64,000 nucleotides of DNA, from positions 56,358,001 to 56,422,000 of the forward strand of contig OZ241826.1 of the NCBI GenBank assembly GCA_965202585.1. Direction: 5' to 3'. The notes beneath the pieces were generated by a model. The model was not told the DNA's origin and did no database searches. It saw nothing but the letters and a program-made list of their open reading frames with translations. How positions within the stretch are numbered: position 1 is the first letter of the stretch; the number at the start of each line of letters is the position of its first letter. This document shows positions 38,906 to 53,300 of this stretch, piece by piece. Source of the DNA: Thalia democratica. Taxonomy: Eukaryota. The translations under genes were made by a program, and so were the position numbers.

Positions 38906-40467
38906 CGAGCTTTTACACATACTTTTTTATCATCTAAATATTTAGTAATAAAACAATCAATTAAACGGAATGAAAAAAGAAAACTAAACAAAAATTAATA
39001 GAATTTTGTCTTTAAAATGTACTTAAAAACTTGTTAAATAACATGTTAACTAAAAAAAATTATGTATATATATATATATATATATAACTTTAAACCAACT
39101 TCTAGAAGGAGATAAACAATACTAACAGCAAACATGTGAATACTTGAATGATAGGTTACAACTTCTTTAAAGAAGGTAAAAATGTAATACGCTGAAATAT
39201 TTTCACGTTAAATTTTATCAGTATTTTGTCAAAAAAATGTAACTTTTCTTTTCTATTTAATAATTTTACTTGAACAGTGAAGAAATTTTACATTTGAATA
39301 TATAAAATAAATTATTGCATAATTTTATAATAGTTTAAAGAAAAAATTCTACCATAACTGAACTTAACTTTTATAAATGAAAATATAAAGATAAGTACTA
39401 TAGCAGTTATGCACTTAATGAGAAAAAAACAATAATAATAAATAACATTAGTAACAATAACAACAAATTTCCTTCTATTTCAAAATATACTTTTTTATAT
39501 TTTGAATACTTTTTTAAGTCTAAAATTGTAATAATAGAAAGCAATAAATTTTTGCAAACATAAAAAAGAAGATATTTTTGTGATTTTCTTAAGAAAGAGT
39601 TTTTTAACATAAACTTGCTTAAAACAGTTATCTCAGCTTACTATTTAAATACTTAATTTTCTGTTAAAGTATATACATCTTTAACTTTTTTATTTACATT
39701 GGCATGCTAAAAAAGATTTTTAAAAAATAGTTTGCAAGTATTCTGAACTTAATTCAAAATATTAATCTTAAAAAATAATCTAAAGAACAACCCAGATAGA
39801 AAATGCTGCAATCTAGACTAAACCACTGTTTACAAGTTTATATATACAAGTGTTTATTATCTAATCAAATAGTTTGCGGAAAAGTAAAACAATCTACAGG
39901 TGAAACCTTATAATAAAAGTGAAAAAGCTTATATAGATTAGTCAATAAAAAAAAACAGCCAATTGTATTAAAACTTTAAGTGTCGAAAACTTTGAAAGTA
40001 TTTTGTAGCTTGTTTATAAACTAAATTTACTTCGAATAAAAACAACTTTAAGTTTGTACTCTGTTCAATGGTGTAGTTTGAAATTGTAAACAAGCAATCA
40101 TTCTTTTCAGTAGTGTTTGAAGTTAAAACAAAAATGAGTATTGTAAAAACATTCTTAGACTAAATTTTAATGTTTAATGAAACTTAACACAGATTATATT
40201 CCTAGGTTAGATAAAAATTGGAAAAGTAAAAAATGCACGTACGACAATTCAATTCGACATTTAAAATTTTTGAAATTCAAATGCGATATCCTTTACTATC
40301 AAATGCATCAGCTTGATTTACCAAAAAAATTTAGTTTAAATAAAATAAACTATTTCCTCTTTATGAAAATGTCATTCTTATCTAGTGATGTTTTAAATTG
40401 CTTTGTTGATAACATTAAAATATTTTGTTTGTTTTAAAATAAAGCTAATATATCAATAAGTATAAAA

Positions 40468-41020
40468 ACACGTATTGGTAAGGCCCCAGGCACTTTCGCT
40501 CGTTTGACTGGAAAAGTTTGGGATAACCGAAAGTTAATCATTAGTAACGTTTATTGCTCCTGTGTATGCAGTACTCTGCTATACGGTAGCGAAATATTGA
40601 CGTTGTCTAGCGTGCAGGAGAAGAAAATCAACAACTTCCACCTACAATGCCTTCGTCGAACCCTTAGAAATGCATGGCAACAAGGATCATCAACGAGAAA
40701 GTGTTGAGAAGTACTAGTCTTACTACCATGTACTTAACCCTCAGTCAGGGCAAGCTTCGCTAGTTTGGTCATGTTTTAAGTGAAGAGTGTATTTCAAAGT
40801 CTCTGTTTTGTGGGGAGTTGGTTGTTGGCAAACACAACCAAGGTCGCAAAAACTACGTTTTAAGGACGTATGCAACCGCTATCCAAAAAGCTTGAAAATA
40901 AGAACTGATGAGTGGGAGTTGCTTGCAGATGACCGTGTCAAATGGTGATCTACTGTACACAAAATACTGAAAGAGAGGGAAAACAATGCTTTAAGAAACC
41001 GAAGCAGACGAAGAAATGAG
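40468..41020 (+). mobile_element. RTE-clade LINE 3' fragment
   Basis: RIGKA..TFARL..KVW, STLLYGSE, FHLQCLRR, FGHV, GEL..G...QGR..LRFKDV, W..LADDR..W. Confidence 0.85.
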
Positions 41021-41109
41021 AAACAAAACATATATTTTATATATTTGTTTATATTCAATCAGTTTAAAATAAGCTAATAAACAATTTAAAAAACTTTAAG
41101 AGCTTCAGA

Positions 41110-42063
41110 TAAACGATTCAGTATAAACGATAAAAAAATTGAAAGACATCCTTGTTAAAGCCGACAAAACGACAAACTACTACCAAATTCCAAAAGACGA
41201 TTACAACAGAATGATACTAAAGAGTATAAGAGAAGATTACAAGAAATGCGATAATAGCATAATTGATGAAATAAACACTGAAGTTTTTGAAATTGCTAAA
41301 AAATTTAAGCTAGATAATAAAATAAACATCCTCCTATCGAAACAATGTTACATCACCTTGAAAGAACATAAGAATGACTTCAAAAGCAAAATGCAATCAA
41401 GACTAATAAACCCAACAGTCTCAGAAATTGGAATTATTAGTAAGAGAATAATCGACAATATAAACAAACAAAAAAGAAGCAAAAAAGAATATAACCAATG
41501 GATAAGCTCTGACGAGGTCCTAGCCTGGTTAATAAATTTAGAAAAAGGAAAATATAAACTGCTTAAATTTGACATCGCCAACTTTTATCCTAGCATTAGT
41601 GAAAGTCTATTAAGAAAAACATTAATATTTGGAAAAATATATGAAAAGATAGAAAATCATGAAATCAACATCATATATGAAAAATCATGCAACAAGATTC
41701 GTCCTTTACCATCAACTGCAAGTTTGGATCAAAACAAATAATAACAACAGCAGTAAACTATTTGAAACAACCATAGGAGGGAAGCACGGTGTTGAAAATT
41801 GCGAGTTAGTAGGCTTATACATACTGAATGGCATAAAAAGTAAACTAAATGGAATAAAAGTCGGTATTTATAGAGGTGATGGGCTTATAGCGATTGATAA
41901 AAATACAAGTGGACCAGATATCACAAAAATCAAAAAGAAAATCCACGAATTTGTCCTGGACATGACATTAAACTGTATCCTGGTGTATGACTCGATAACC
42001 AAAAGGTTTTTTTGTACACCAGGTCCTTGAATCAAATTTTTGAGCGCTTTTGTTTGTTTAATA

Positions 42064-42103
<40 letters not shown>

Positions 42104-42940
42104 ACGTTATAAGGCGTTAAATCCTGGAGATCCTGATAAGCTAAGCTTATCGGAATGTATATCACAGATGTTCTTGTGCTAAAACTTTATTCCGACTAAC
42201 GGCGTTTCACTGCTCTCAAATAAATTTAAGAACAGATCTACATATCTAAATTCAAGTAATGGAACATTCCATCCATACAGAAAGCCAAACAACGAAATCA
42301 AATATATTGATGTTAACTCAAACTACCCTCACACTATCATAAGACAAATACCAAGTATGATTGAAAAAAAGACCAACAAATATTCAAGTATTAAAGAACT
42401 ATTCGATTAATCAAAGTACGTATACAGTAAAGCACTAAAAAGAAGCGGATACAGCTAAGAGATTAAATACATCGATAAGAATAAAATTACAACAAAAAAA
42501 TTTAAAAATAGAAAACGAAAAGTATTGTGGTTCAATCGACCATATGACAAGGCAGTAAAAACAAACATAGGCATAAATTTCATCAACATAATAAACAAAC
42601 ATTTTCGTGAAAAGATTGAAATGAAGAAATTCATCAACAAAAATAATGTAAAAATCAGCTACTCCTGCATGATTAACATTGAATAAATCAGAAATGTCAT
42701 AACTCCAAAATCCTCCAAGCCAATAAAGATAAAAAATAGTTCAAAAAAGTGAAATTGCATAAAAAAAACACGAATGTCCATTAAAAAACAATGAGTGTAG
42801 AAGAGAAAATGTCATATACGAGGGAAAAATAGAGTCTAACAATGACAAAAAAGTATATATAGAACTAACAGAAAACGATATCTAAAAAAGAATCGCAGTT
42901 CATAAAACAACATTTAAGATTGACCCAGATAAGAAGAGTT
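41110..42940 (+). mobile_element. Penelope-like element (same type as 31250-32665), decayed and interrupted at ~41961-42230; ends approximate
   Basis: ADKTTNYY, RLINPT.SEIG.ISKRI, FDIANFYPSI, GGKHGVENCELVG, YRGDGL, FHPYRKPN, VLWFNRPY, SYSCM, CRRENVIYEG. Confidence 0.88.
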
Positions 42941-43843
42941 TTGTGTATCCAATTAAATTATTTATATTTATAACTTGTTAGTTTTATTTATTGCATCATT
43001 TTTTATATTTGTTATTGTTTGTTTTTATTTTTCTATGCACAATAAGTGTAGCCCATTTCGGCTGGTAGCGGGCCTAAAAACACGACAACTATTCAAATAA
43101 CACTAAGTATAATTATTGGTATGCATCATTATAAGCAGTTAACAGTTTTTGAACATTTGTTTTTCAGTATTCAAAGGTTTTTATGAAGTTTGTCTTTGAA
43201 AAATATAGAAAATTTTAATAATTAATTACCACTTTGTTTTTTATGATTCTTTTGACTACTTATTTTAATATTTATCAAAAATAATAATCTTATTTCAATT
43301 TAATTTTATTTTCAAACGTTTTCTAGTTACTAAAAATAAAGAATGAACTTCACCACACGACAAACAACACAGCATACGAGATAACCCGTCCGTGGGTTAT
43401 TTCAGATGCTGTTGTTGTTGGTTGTTGATAATGGCTGAAATAAATGCTGGTTAGTTACTAAAAGTTAACTAGTAACTAAATATATATGATCTATATGACG
43501 TAGTTTTGAAAACTTATTTGTAAAATTATTTTGAGTAATGTATTTTTTTTCTAAAACTTCTGGACGTTATGTTTTACTGCAAAATAAACACACCACAAAC
43601 CAGACGAACAAAAAAATAAAAAGAGAACTTTGTAATTTTTGTAAAAACTATGAATGAGCAGTAAATTAAAAACTGTTACATAGCTAGTACGAAATTTTTA
43701 AGGCAGAAACTATAGTTTAAGTTATTATTAAATATAGACAGCCGTTAATTAATTATAATAAAATTTAAAACTTTTAGTATACTTTGCTGTTATTTATTTG
43801 ACTTAAATATCATGTTATGATATTTTTCTTTACTGCTTAATTC

Positions 43844-44380
43844 TTAACGGCGTCTTCTTTTGCAGGACCTTTTTCTTACGACGGTCCTCTTTTTTGGCTT
43901 GCATACCCTCTTTTTGGGTTTGCGACGACGGCGGCAGGTCTTCCTTTTAGGCTTTTTTGCCTTCTTGCAAGACCTCCTCCTGCGTTTTTTGGTCTTCTTG
44001 CAGGATTTCTTTGCCTTCTTGCGTCTGCGGGTACGCCTCTTCTTCTTGGGCTTGCAGGAACGCCTTTTCTTCTTGGGCTTGCAGCGACGACGTCTGCGTT
44101 TGCAAACCTTCTTGGTCTTCTTAGAAGATTTCTTCTTACCGGCAGATGGGTCGACGATTTGGAAGCTTCCGTTGTTGTTCTTCTCAACGACTCCCTTGGC
44201 GCACAACTTCTTAAGAACTTTAGCAGCGACTTTTGAGGCTTTCTTTTCTTTCAAACCGGCTGATGCAGCCAAAGAAGAAACGATTTCCTTGCTTTTGCCA
44301 GCTGAGACGCTCAGGGTATCCCTGACAACGTTCTCGTAGTTGGCTTCTTGAGCTTGGGTTTGTTGCTTTGATCGAACCAT
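43844..44380 (-). CDS. Histone H1-related, protamine-like basic protein (178 aa), copy 2
   Basis: Same protein as copy 1; two synonymous differences (44009, 44123). AATAAA at 43793-43798. Confidence 0.8.
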   Translation of the reverse strand: MVRSKQQTQAQEANYENVVRDTLSVSAGKSKEIVSSLAASAGLKEKKASKVAAKVLKKLCAKGVVEKNNNGSFQIVDPSAGKKKSSKKTKKVCKRRRRRCKPKKKRRSCKPKKKRRTRRRKKAKKSCKKTKKRRRRSCKKAKKPKRKTCRRRRKPKKRVCKPKKRTVVRKRSCKRRRR

Positions 44381-47300
44381 GATGCTTCGCTTTTTTACTT
44401 AAATTTTTTCGTTTTTTGACATGACGTACCGGACTCGAACTGCCTAAGCTTGCTTTAGACTGCAACTGAAACAATTAAGTTTTGCACAACTTTTCGTTTT
44501 TTTGTACGAGACAGCTTAAAATTAATTTGTAGGTGTTATATAATGTTCTAACTTTATCTCGACTGTAAATTCATGAAAGTAAACTTGACTTTGAAAAATA
44601 GTTAAGTAGCAAAACTACTTATCTATGTTACAATTCAAATACTAGTTTTAAGCTTTTTACTAGTTTACCTACTCAAATTCTTTGAAGTGCTACAGTTAAT
44701 CGACATAGCTAATTTTTAAACCGCAATATGCTACATTAATAAAAATTCCGTCAAATTTCATATTTAGAGAGGTTTTTTAAAGCTTCATCTAAAAAATGTA
44801 TATCTTATTGTTGATTTTCTAAAGTTTTATATAAAAAAGTAAAACTTAGTTTACCACCTCCTGAACATTTCGTTAGTTTTCGTGATTGAAAATTTTTTGG
44901 CCATTCATTAACTTATTGCAGTGAGAAAAACATTAGTATTACGTTGTAAAACCAACTTGTTGAATAAGAAAAAATGACAACTGACATTAAAGTGTTGGTA
45001 GTTTTGTATGAAATGTTTGAAAGTAAGTTTTTATATAGATCTAACTAATACTATTTGAACAATAGAAAAGTATCAATTTATCTTATAAGTAATTTCTTAA
45101 TAATTTATGGTCAAAATTTGTAGGTTTATACTTAAAAATTCGTCTAACTTACATTTTTTATCTATTCTTTTCAGTAGACACATCTTGTTGGTCAAAGCTT
45201 CATAACAATAAAATATTTTACGCTCTTTTGGCATATTAAGTTTTTTTTAAGCTTAGGGAAAGTGGTGTATGATTTGCTGCAAAAATACGCTTCTAAAGTC
45301 TATAGAAGTTTATTCTGTTTTCAACGAACGTATTATCTGTCTTGACTTACACATCATGAAAACTACAGCGACCTAACATGCGCTCACGCTATTTGAGGAA
45401 GTGTAAGATGCATTTTGTCACTAGCTGATTTTTATTTAACCAATTTTCCAAACGTTACCAGCTTTTTATTCTTTGTAACTTTTATTATTGCAGGGTTTCC
45501 CTAAACTCATATTCATAACTAACCTCTTGGCATAAGTTTTTAAAATAAATTTTCTGGTTTCGTCTTTTTACTAATAAAATAATCATGTATATTTTTGTGA
45601 CCTTACTGTTTATTGAGCCCTAATAGTCAAAATTGCCCCAAGGGCGATATCGTTCACCCTTAATAGAAGTTTTGAGTGGTGAGCGTTGAAAAAAGCTAAG
45701 ATAGAACAAAAATTTTTAGAATCTAGCTTGCAAAATGAGTAATTAAAAAACTAAACAGTGTAGAAAAGACACAAATTTGACTACCAGCTGCTGTAGTACT
45801 ACTTATATATTATTGGCTAAAATTTTATTATGTTTATTTCTAGCGTAGTTAACTGTATTTAATTAGTCACAACTACATTTATTGTATGTTTGGGTAGGGA
45901 TTTTAAAGTTAGTAATGTACTGCTGTATTGTTCTTGCTTCTCATTTGCATAAATAAACCGTATTAAAAAAACGCACAGTACTACGACCCAAATTTTTACA
46001 AACAAAAAAGAAAGATTAAAAAAATCATAAATGCTAGCCGAAGTTTTGCAAAACAGACATCAAATTAGCAAGCATATTTTATAATCTTAATTACCCCGAG
46101 TGTGTAGCAAAGTTCAAAAACAGTGTTATGTTACAATCATCAGAATAAATCGCGCAAGTTATTGAAGCTTTTAAGTGTTGTTGCCCTTATGATGTCATGG
46201 TTATTACTGATATATACCAAATTAGTTAATTTGTACCTCCAAAAATTTTTCTTCACACTTAATAAAAACTCACAAAAATTTTCTTTTTTTTGGTTTTTCC
46301 CTTTGTGAAAACTTTTTCAGCTCGGTGTTAAAAAGTTTTGTTTTTATAAGGATCCTAATTTTCAATGATCTACAATAAAACTGGTTGAAAATTTATAAAC
46401 TAACAATTCTACATCTAATTTTTCTAAGCTAGAATATAACAGGTTAACTTCATAAATATCTAACTTTTAATTGGCATTAACAGTTTGGAAAACTTTCGGA
46501 TTCGACTAGAACCCTTGGATCACTATTTGATACAAACATTTTGACAAATTTTTTTTTATATTTTTGGTACGTGCATATTCTATGAAAAAAGAGAGTTGGA
46601 AAAAAAGATTTGACCAATTTGGTAAAATGTAACAAGTAGGTTATATTTTTCATTTTTTTTCATTTGCAAAGACTCAAGCGTCGAAAACAATATAAAACTA
46701 ACTACATACAAGCATTTTCCTCTTAATTTACTAATGATACAATTAGAAGAATAGATCAAATCCATATTAAATCGTTTACCTGAGGAGTCCTGCTGCTATA
46801 CGATAATGAAATAAAAACGTGATATGATTAGTTTTCTATTCAAACTTATGCTATTTCAATATACAAAATGTAGAATTTATTTTATCGTATATATTTAAAC
46901 GAACGAGACAAATACTAACAATATTTACTAAGTAAACATTTACCTATGTCAGTAATTAAAGTTTTTTTTTCTATATTTGTAAATTTGGTGGTTAAAACAG
47001 AAAATGCTTAAATTAATCTAATAGAATGTATTTTCAAAACAACAAAAAGTCTACATTTTTGTGATATTGAACTTATTAAACTAAAAACTAAAAGAGAAGT
47101 TTTAAAAAACTTCTGTCTAGATCTCTGAAACGAGTATTAGCTTCAATTATAAAAATAGTCAACATAAAAACTTACTTTAAATAAATTTGTTTTAAAATTT
47201 ACGTTAAACTCGCTAAAAACTTATTTCTTCGATCTAAGAAGTAAACATTTAAAGTCTTAAGAATAGTTCAATCAAAAAAAGGAACGAAAAAAAACAATGT

Positions 47301-47396
47301 TGAACTTTGAAATGTTTAGTTCGGTGTTAGATAAAAATATTTTTTTAGAATTTAAACAAAAAAAATGCAAAAATGTACTTTAGTTTAGCTAAAATG

Positions 47397-50300
47397 TTAG
47401 TTTTCTACAAGCTTTGATTCGAGTTCGTCATCGTCTTCAATATCCTTAAGTTGGATGATGTCTTTCTTGAAGTGGCTTTTAATTTGATCTAGAATTTCAC
47501 GGTCCTGGCTATTGGAGATAAAATTAACTGCAACACCGGATTTTCCAAAACGACCGGTTCTGAATTAGAAACAATTTGTTAATTTCAATTAAAACTTAAA
47601 AATTTGCATATAATATTTGAAAAACTATTCATAAGAAATCTACGCTAAAAACGTTACATCTTAGTTTTGTAGAAATTTGTCTATAGATAAATATAAAAAC
47701 TTAAAAGAAGTTATTGGTAAAAGTAATTACATACTACATACTTTTTCGTGTCAATAAAAGTGTTAACGAATAAGTTACTTATGGAATGCGTAATAAAATT
47801 ATAGGTAACCTTCCAATTCTATGTAGATAAGTTTCACAATCAGCAGTATGAGTGTCAAAGGTAATTGGCAAATCAAAGTTGATAACAAGTGTCACCTGTT
47901 CTACATCAATACCACGTGAACACACGTTAGTGGTCACCAGCCATTTCTCTTTTCCAGCCTTAAATCTAAAATAACAAGAACTTTTTATATAGTTTGTATA
48001 CAAAGTATAAACGTAGTTAAATTTATAAAACAACTTTTTTTTTTAATTTTTGTTCTAAAATTTGAAAGATTTGCTGTTATTATATTGAACAATACATTAA
48101 ATATAAATGTTATTTTAATGTAGTTTTAAAAATAAAATTAAGTATGCAAAAAATGTTTGTTTAAATGTTTGTAGTTTACCCCTTTGTTTGAAATAAATTT
48201 TTAAACATATTAAAGTTGTACATAAAACAACTTTGTTAACTTGAATATGGTATCTAACCTTTTAAGCACGTCAGCTCTGTCTACAACATCTAAGTCTCCG
48301 GTAAGCATGGAAACAACATATTTGTCGTTTAACATTTCTTCGGCTAGCCACTTGGCCATCTTTTTTGTTCGGCAAAATATTATACCTTGACCGACAGACA
48401 AAACTGAAGAGATACTGACAAGGGCCTGGTATTTCATCTCTGGCGACTTACATTCAACATAGTACTGTTTGATATTATCCAAAGTTTCTTCGTCTCGCCG
48501 TAACTGCAAAATTTAATTCAATTCGGAAAGTGCCATATTTTATTTAAATCTAATCAAAATTAGTTTATAAGATCAATACAGTTAATTAATGAATAAGGCG
48601 TTAATTCTGACGATCAAATCAAGTAAACAATATCTTTTAAGGGCATAGGAAAGTCTTTTTTTTTTTTTTAACATAAGTTAAAATTGGCTTTTATTTAAAA
48701 GCTTACTATACTATAAGATACTTTTTATAGAATAAATCTAATTTATTTTGAGATATAACAAGTTTTGTAAATAAATTTGATACAACCGTACAAAATAAAA
48801 AAATTCAAGACCGATTTTCTCTTAATTTCTAAAATTCACTAATAATCTATATTCTCCTTCATCTATAAGCTATTGACCTCAAGTTTCCAGGAAATGTCCC
48901 TTGCATTATAAGAAAAAATCATATTGTAACAACTAAAAAATAAATTTAAAAAATACCTTTATAATTAAAAGAATTAAAAATATCTATATTTTAATATTTT
49001 GTTTAATAAAAAATTTTTTACTCAAAAAGTTTTGAAAATTCCTACAATAGGATTGTTTGTTATGAAATTAAGTCTAAACTGAAAAAGTTTTAGAAAAATT
49101 GCTTAAAAACTGAAGAAGATAGATTTGTAATGAAATAGCCTTTTTAGCTTCACCCTTCCATAAAAATCCTATTTAGCTCTCTGACTTTGTCTCCGCATAT
49201 CTCAAAAACTAGTTTTAATTATAAGAAACGGCAAAAAGCAACTGATAGCTAAGTTGAAGACCTTTAAAAAAAAATCAACATGTAAAAAAAGTGCATTACC
49301 CATCCGCCTATGCGATCAATAAAAAATACTACTTCTGATTGATAACTGACATATACTTTTGTCAATTGACTATACAGGTACAATCAATTATATAGCACAT
49401 ATACGACTAAACGACTACATATACTACAGTAGACTACCGCTTAAGTACGCACTTTTTTTGGTACGCATCACGCCTTAAGTACGCACTTATCAAGAAAGGT
49501 AGAATGGCCAACCTGCTGAGTTAGCCTAAGACTTTCACAAATTTTAAATTAGGGTGAGTAATCCTGAGTAGTCTAAGTGGCCAATTGTGACAGTCCTGTT
49601 GCTAAATGTTAATAAACTAAATACTTATGTAGTGGTTACAGAAAAGTGAAAAGAATAATGATATTTGAGCTGTAATGCTATTAAATTAATAAATCTAGAT
49701 GACAAAGCTAAAAAACCTACAAATACAACATAGTTAAGTCATAACTTAATTTAAATGTACAAACATTGATGTTTTCAAAATGTTTGGTAAACACAATGTA
49801 GTTTGGTACTTTGCTTCTAACAAAACAAAATATGGCTTAATATTCTTTTTTATACCATTGACTGACATTGACTTTCTATATTAATAGTATGTATTAATTA
49901 TGTAGAAACTTTTTATAGACAAATTAATGTTTTTCAAATCTAATAAAAAGTTTTGCAGATTAGAATTATGTATTAAATGTTATTTAAAATAAAAAGACTT
50001 GTTTATTTGGCTTAATTATTTGGTGGCTAGTTTTAAGAAAGAAAACAAACAACTAAAGTTTATATTATACTTTGTCTTTAAAAAGTACGCACTACCCGTG
50101 CTAAGTACGCACTTTTTGGTCGGGTTCAATTTGCGTACTTAAGCGGTAGTGTACTGTATATGACTAAATGACTAAATACAACTGACTATACAGGTATGTA
50201 CAGGGTGGACACTAGTTTCTGGCAAATTTTCCGCAGGTTTTCAATATTTCTTCTAGGTTTTTCAGAATTTCTTCCAGGGTTTTGAAAGTACATCATTTTT

Positions 50301-53300
50301 TTGATTATTTTAAGTATTAAATTAATTTAAGTTAAAAAAATGGGATTTTTGATAGATTTACTCATTAAAACCTTGAATTATTAACGAACTTTCACAACTA
50401 AAATTTTAAAACAATAACAAATTTTTACAGTTGAACCTTAAACAATAAAGAACACAATTTTTTAGAATATGTAAACTTTGGCATAATCAAAATATAAAAA
50501 ACAATTAAATACTGATCTGAAAAAATACAATGGTTAGTCTGAGTTTGAAAACCCAAGTTTTACATAAAGTAACAGTTTTCTGTACAAATAATTCTAATCT
50601 AACACCTTAATACGAAGAATAAATTTACTCTCAACCAGTAATAATCTATTTATCTAACTAAAAAAGTAAACTTTAGTCAGACTTAGCATATAAGTTGTAA
50701 AGCAACCTAGAAGTTAAAAATATCTAATAATAAAAAGTATTTACTTAAAACATATTTTATTTATATAAATTGTTCACTTAGTTTAAAAAAATACTACCCA
50801 AACTATTTAAAAGAAAATTCTTAAATTAAAAATCAATTAAAAAAATGATATACTTAAGTAACTGTAAAAAAAAGACATAAAAAAGTAAACTATATATCTG
50901 TTGTATAAAATATTTCCTCTTATCATTTAGTATAAAGTTTGTAACAAATAAATATACTCTTATTTACTTTAAAAACTTAAGTTACTCTACAAAAAATACA
51001 AATAATAAATAAACTTAATCTTGGCATATTTCTCTCTCATAACTTATTTTATAAATTTAAACAACTTTGAAAAAATTATAAAGAGGTAAAGTATACACAT
51101 TAACTTGTTACATAAAATGCTAAACTAACTGCTTAGTTATAAAGAACTCAATTATTTACTTAAACAAAAAACATTTTGATTCTAAAATTATGCTAGATAA
51201 ACTTTTGTGTACATATCACAGTTTCACTATGGAAGTGTCCTTGCTACAGATCATCAATACTAAAAAGCTTACAAAATCTGCTTGTTCAAGTAGGGTTCTT
51301 GTTCAATATGTTAATAGAAATTTTTTGCAGTTTTATAAAGGATGTATTACTATTTTATACCAGTTGAAGGCATTGGAAATAAAATAAAAAAATCTTGCAA
51401 ATTTCTGGGAAAATTTTGGTATTTTTTTCTGACTTTAAAGAGGCTTTTAATTAATTTTTACCATTTGAAGGCTTTGGAAAACAAGGAATTTTGTAAATTT
51501 AAACTGACAAAATCTGACTTTTTTTTAATTTTATTAAATTTCCTGACTTTTGTCATTATTTAAAATTTTTCCTGACTTTTCCTGATTTCCTGACCGAGTG
51601 GCAACCCTGACCACAACTTAATAAAAACATTAAACCTAATTCAATGATATTTATTATAGCTTCTTTAAATAAACTAGGACTACTAATGATTTTGGTGGCC
51701 ACTGGTTTTTGGCAATTTTTCTCCAGGTTTTTGAAAAATTTGTTTGTGGGTCTATTTTTAATTTAAGATTAAGTTTAAGGTAAAAAACTGTGCTAAATAG
51801 TATAACAGCATTGAAAAATACTGTACAGCCAATTTAAATCAGTTTTTAAGATAAAAAGATATTGATGATGACAAAAATTTTCATATGACAGATTTTTTGT
51901 CTGTTATCGAAATTTCACTATTTAACATTTAAAAACTATTTAAAATTCCAGGAGTTTCAGTAACTTTTGTATAAAATTCAGGTTTAGTGGCGACGCTGTA
52001 GTAATGTCAATTTTTTTATGTGTGAATATCTTGTTATTTTTATCTTTTATTTTTATTTATATAAAATTTTTGTTTTTAAATCGACAATTTTAGTTAACTT
52101 ATAATTTTTGTTTGTCTGTAGAAAACATAGTCGAGGGTAATTAAAAATAATAAGTTAAAGCAAAAAACTGAAACACCTAAATATAATTTTCTACGCTTTA
52201 GATTTTGACACAGGTATTTGAACAACTTTTTTAACCGGCACATAAATTAATCTAAAATTATAACAAAACACATTTCATTTTTATCTATTTAAGTACTTTT
52301 AAATAAGGCTTATCAAAAAATATATCTTACTAAACTAAACTAAATTGAAACTGAAACAAATGTATATTGTAGTTAGAACTTTAATGATTACAAAGATTAA
52401 ATAACGTAATAATCAAGAGTAGACTTAAATATTAACTAGGTGCTAATACTAAACAACATGTGCTAATAAAACTTGACATATTAAAAAGAATAAATTAAAC
52501 CACCTGACATTGAAAATAATAAAACTAATTTTTTTTAAATATTCAACGAATAAATTACTATAAATTACTTGATATAAAGACTTTAAAGTCTTGTCTGGTA
52601 TACGAACTTATTTTGCTCACATAAACTGGGCCTTTAGCTAAAGATTTGAATGCATAACACTGTAATTTTCGACCACTTTACTAATTTAATAAATATAAGT
52701 AATGTGTTTAAAGAAAAGTAATAAAATTGCTTAAATAATTGTCAAAAAATACATAAGTAGTCAGTTAAAGTATATACACAATTATAAAAACTATAAAAAT
52801 ATACTTTTTTTATAAGTCATATGAACTTTTAAAAAACATAAGAAACTAGTAAATTTTCTATTTAATATGATTAAAATAGCAAAAGGCTTGATAAAAAAGG
52901 TCTGTTGGAATAATACATATTAACCCTTTTTTAAGTATAAGAATTCTAAAGAAATATACTAAAAATTTAACTAAAAAAACATTTTAATTTGTTTTGTTTG
53001 AGCTTAAAAGAATTATGCTATAGCATATGCGTACAAGTACTGGTTTACTTTTATTCAATAGCTAGAATTTTTTATCAACAAAAACAAATACATATTAAAA
53101 GCTGTGATAAATCGATTACATTAAAAATAAAACACGTGTAAATTTACCAAAATGAATTATTTGTAAATTTGAAGCGTGGGCTACAAACTTTAGTAAGTGT
53201 TTAGATAATTTAATAGCAGTTTATATAAATTGAGTTCAATTAAACCATAAAAAAACATCCACTATTATTAATTTTCTTAGCTAAACATCAGCTCTACAGT

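Noticed and set aside
39063-39086. (TA)n tracts here and at ~42069-42097
   Set aside because: Ordinary microsatellites.
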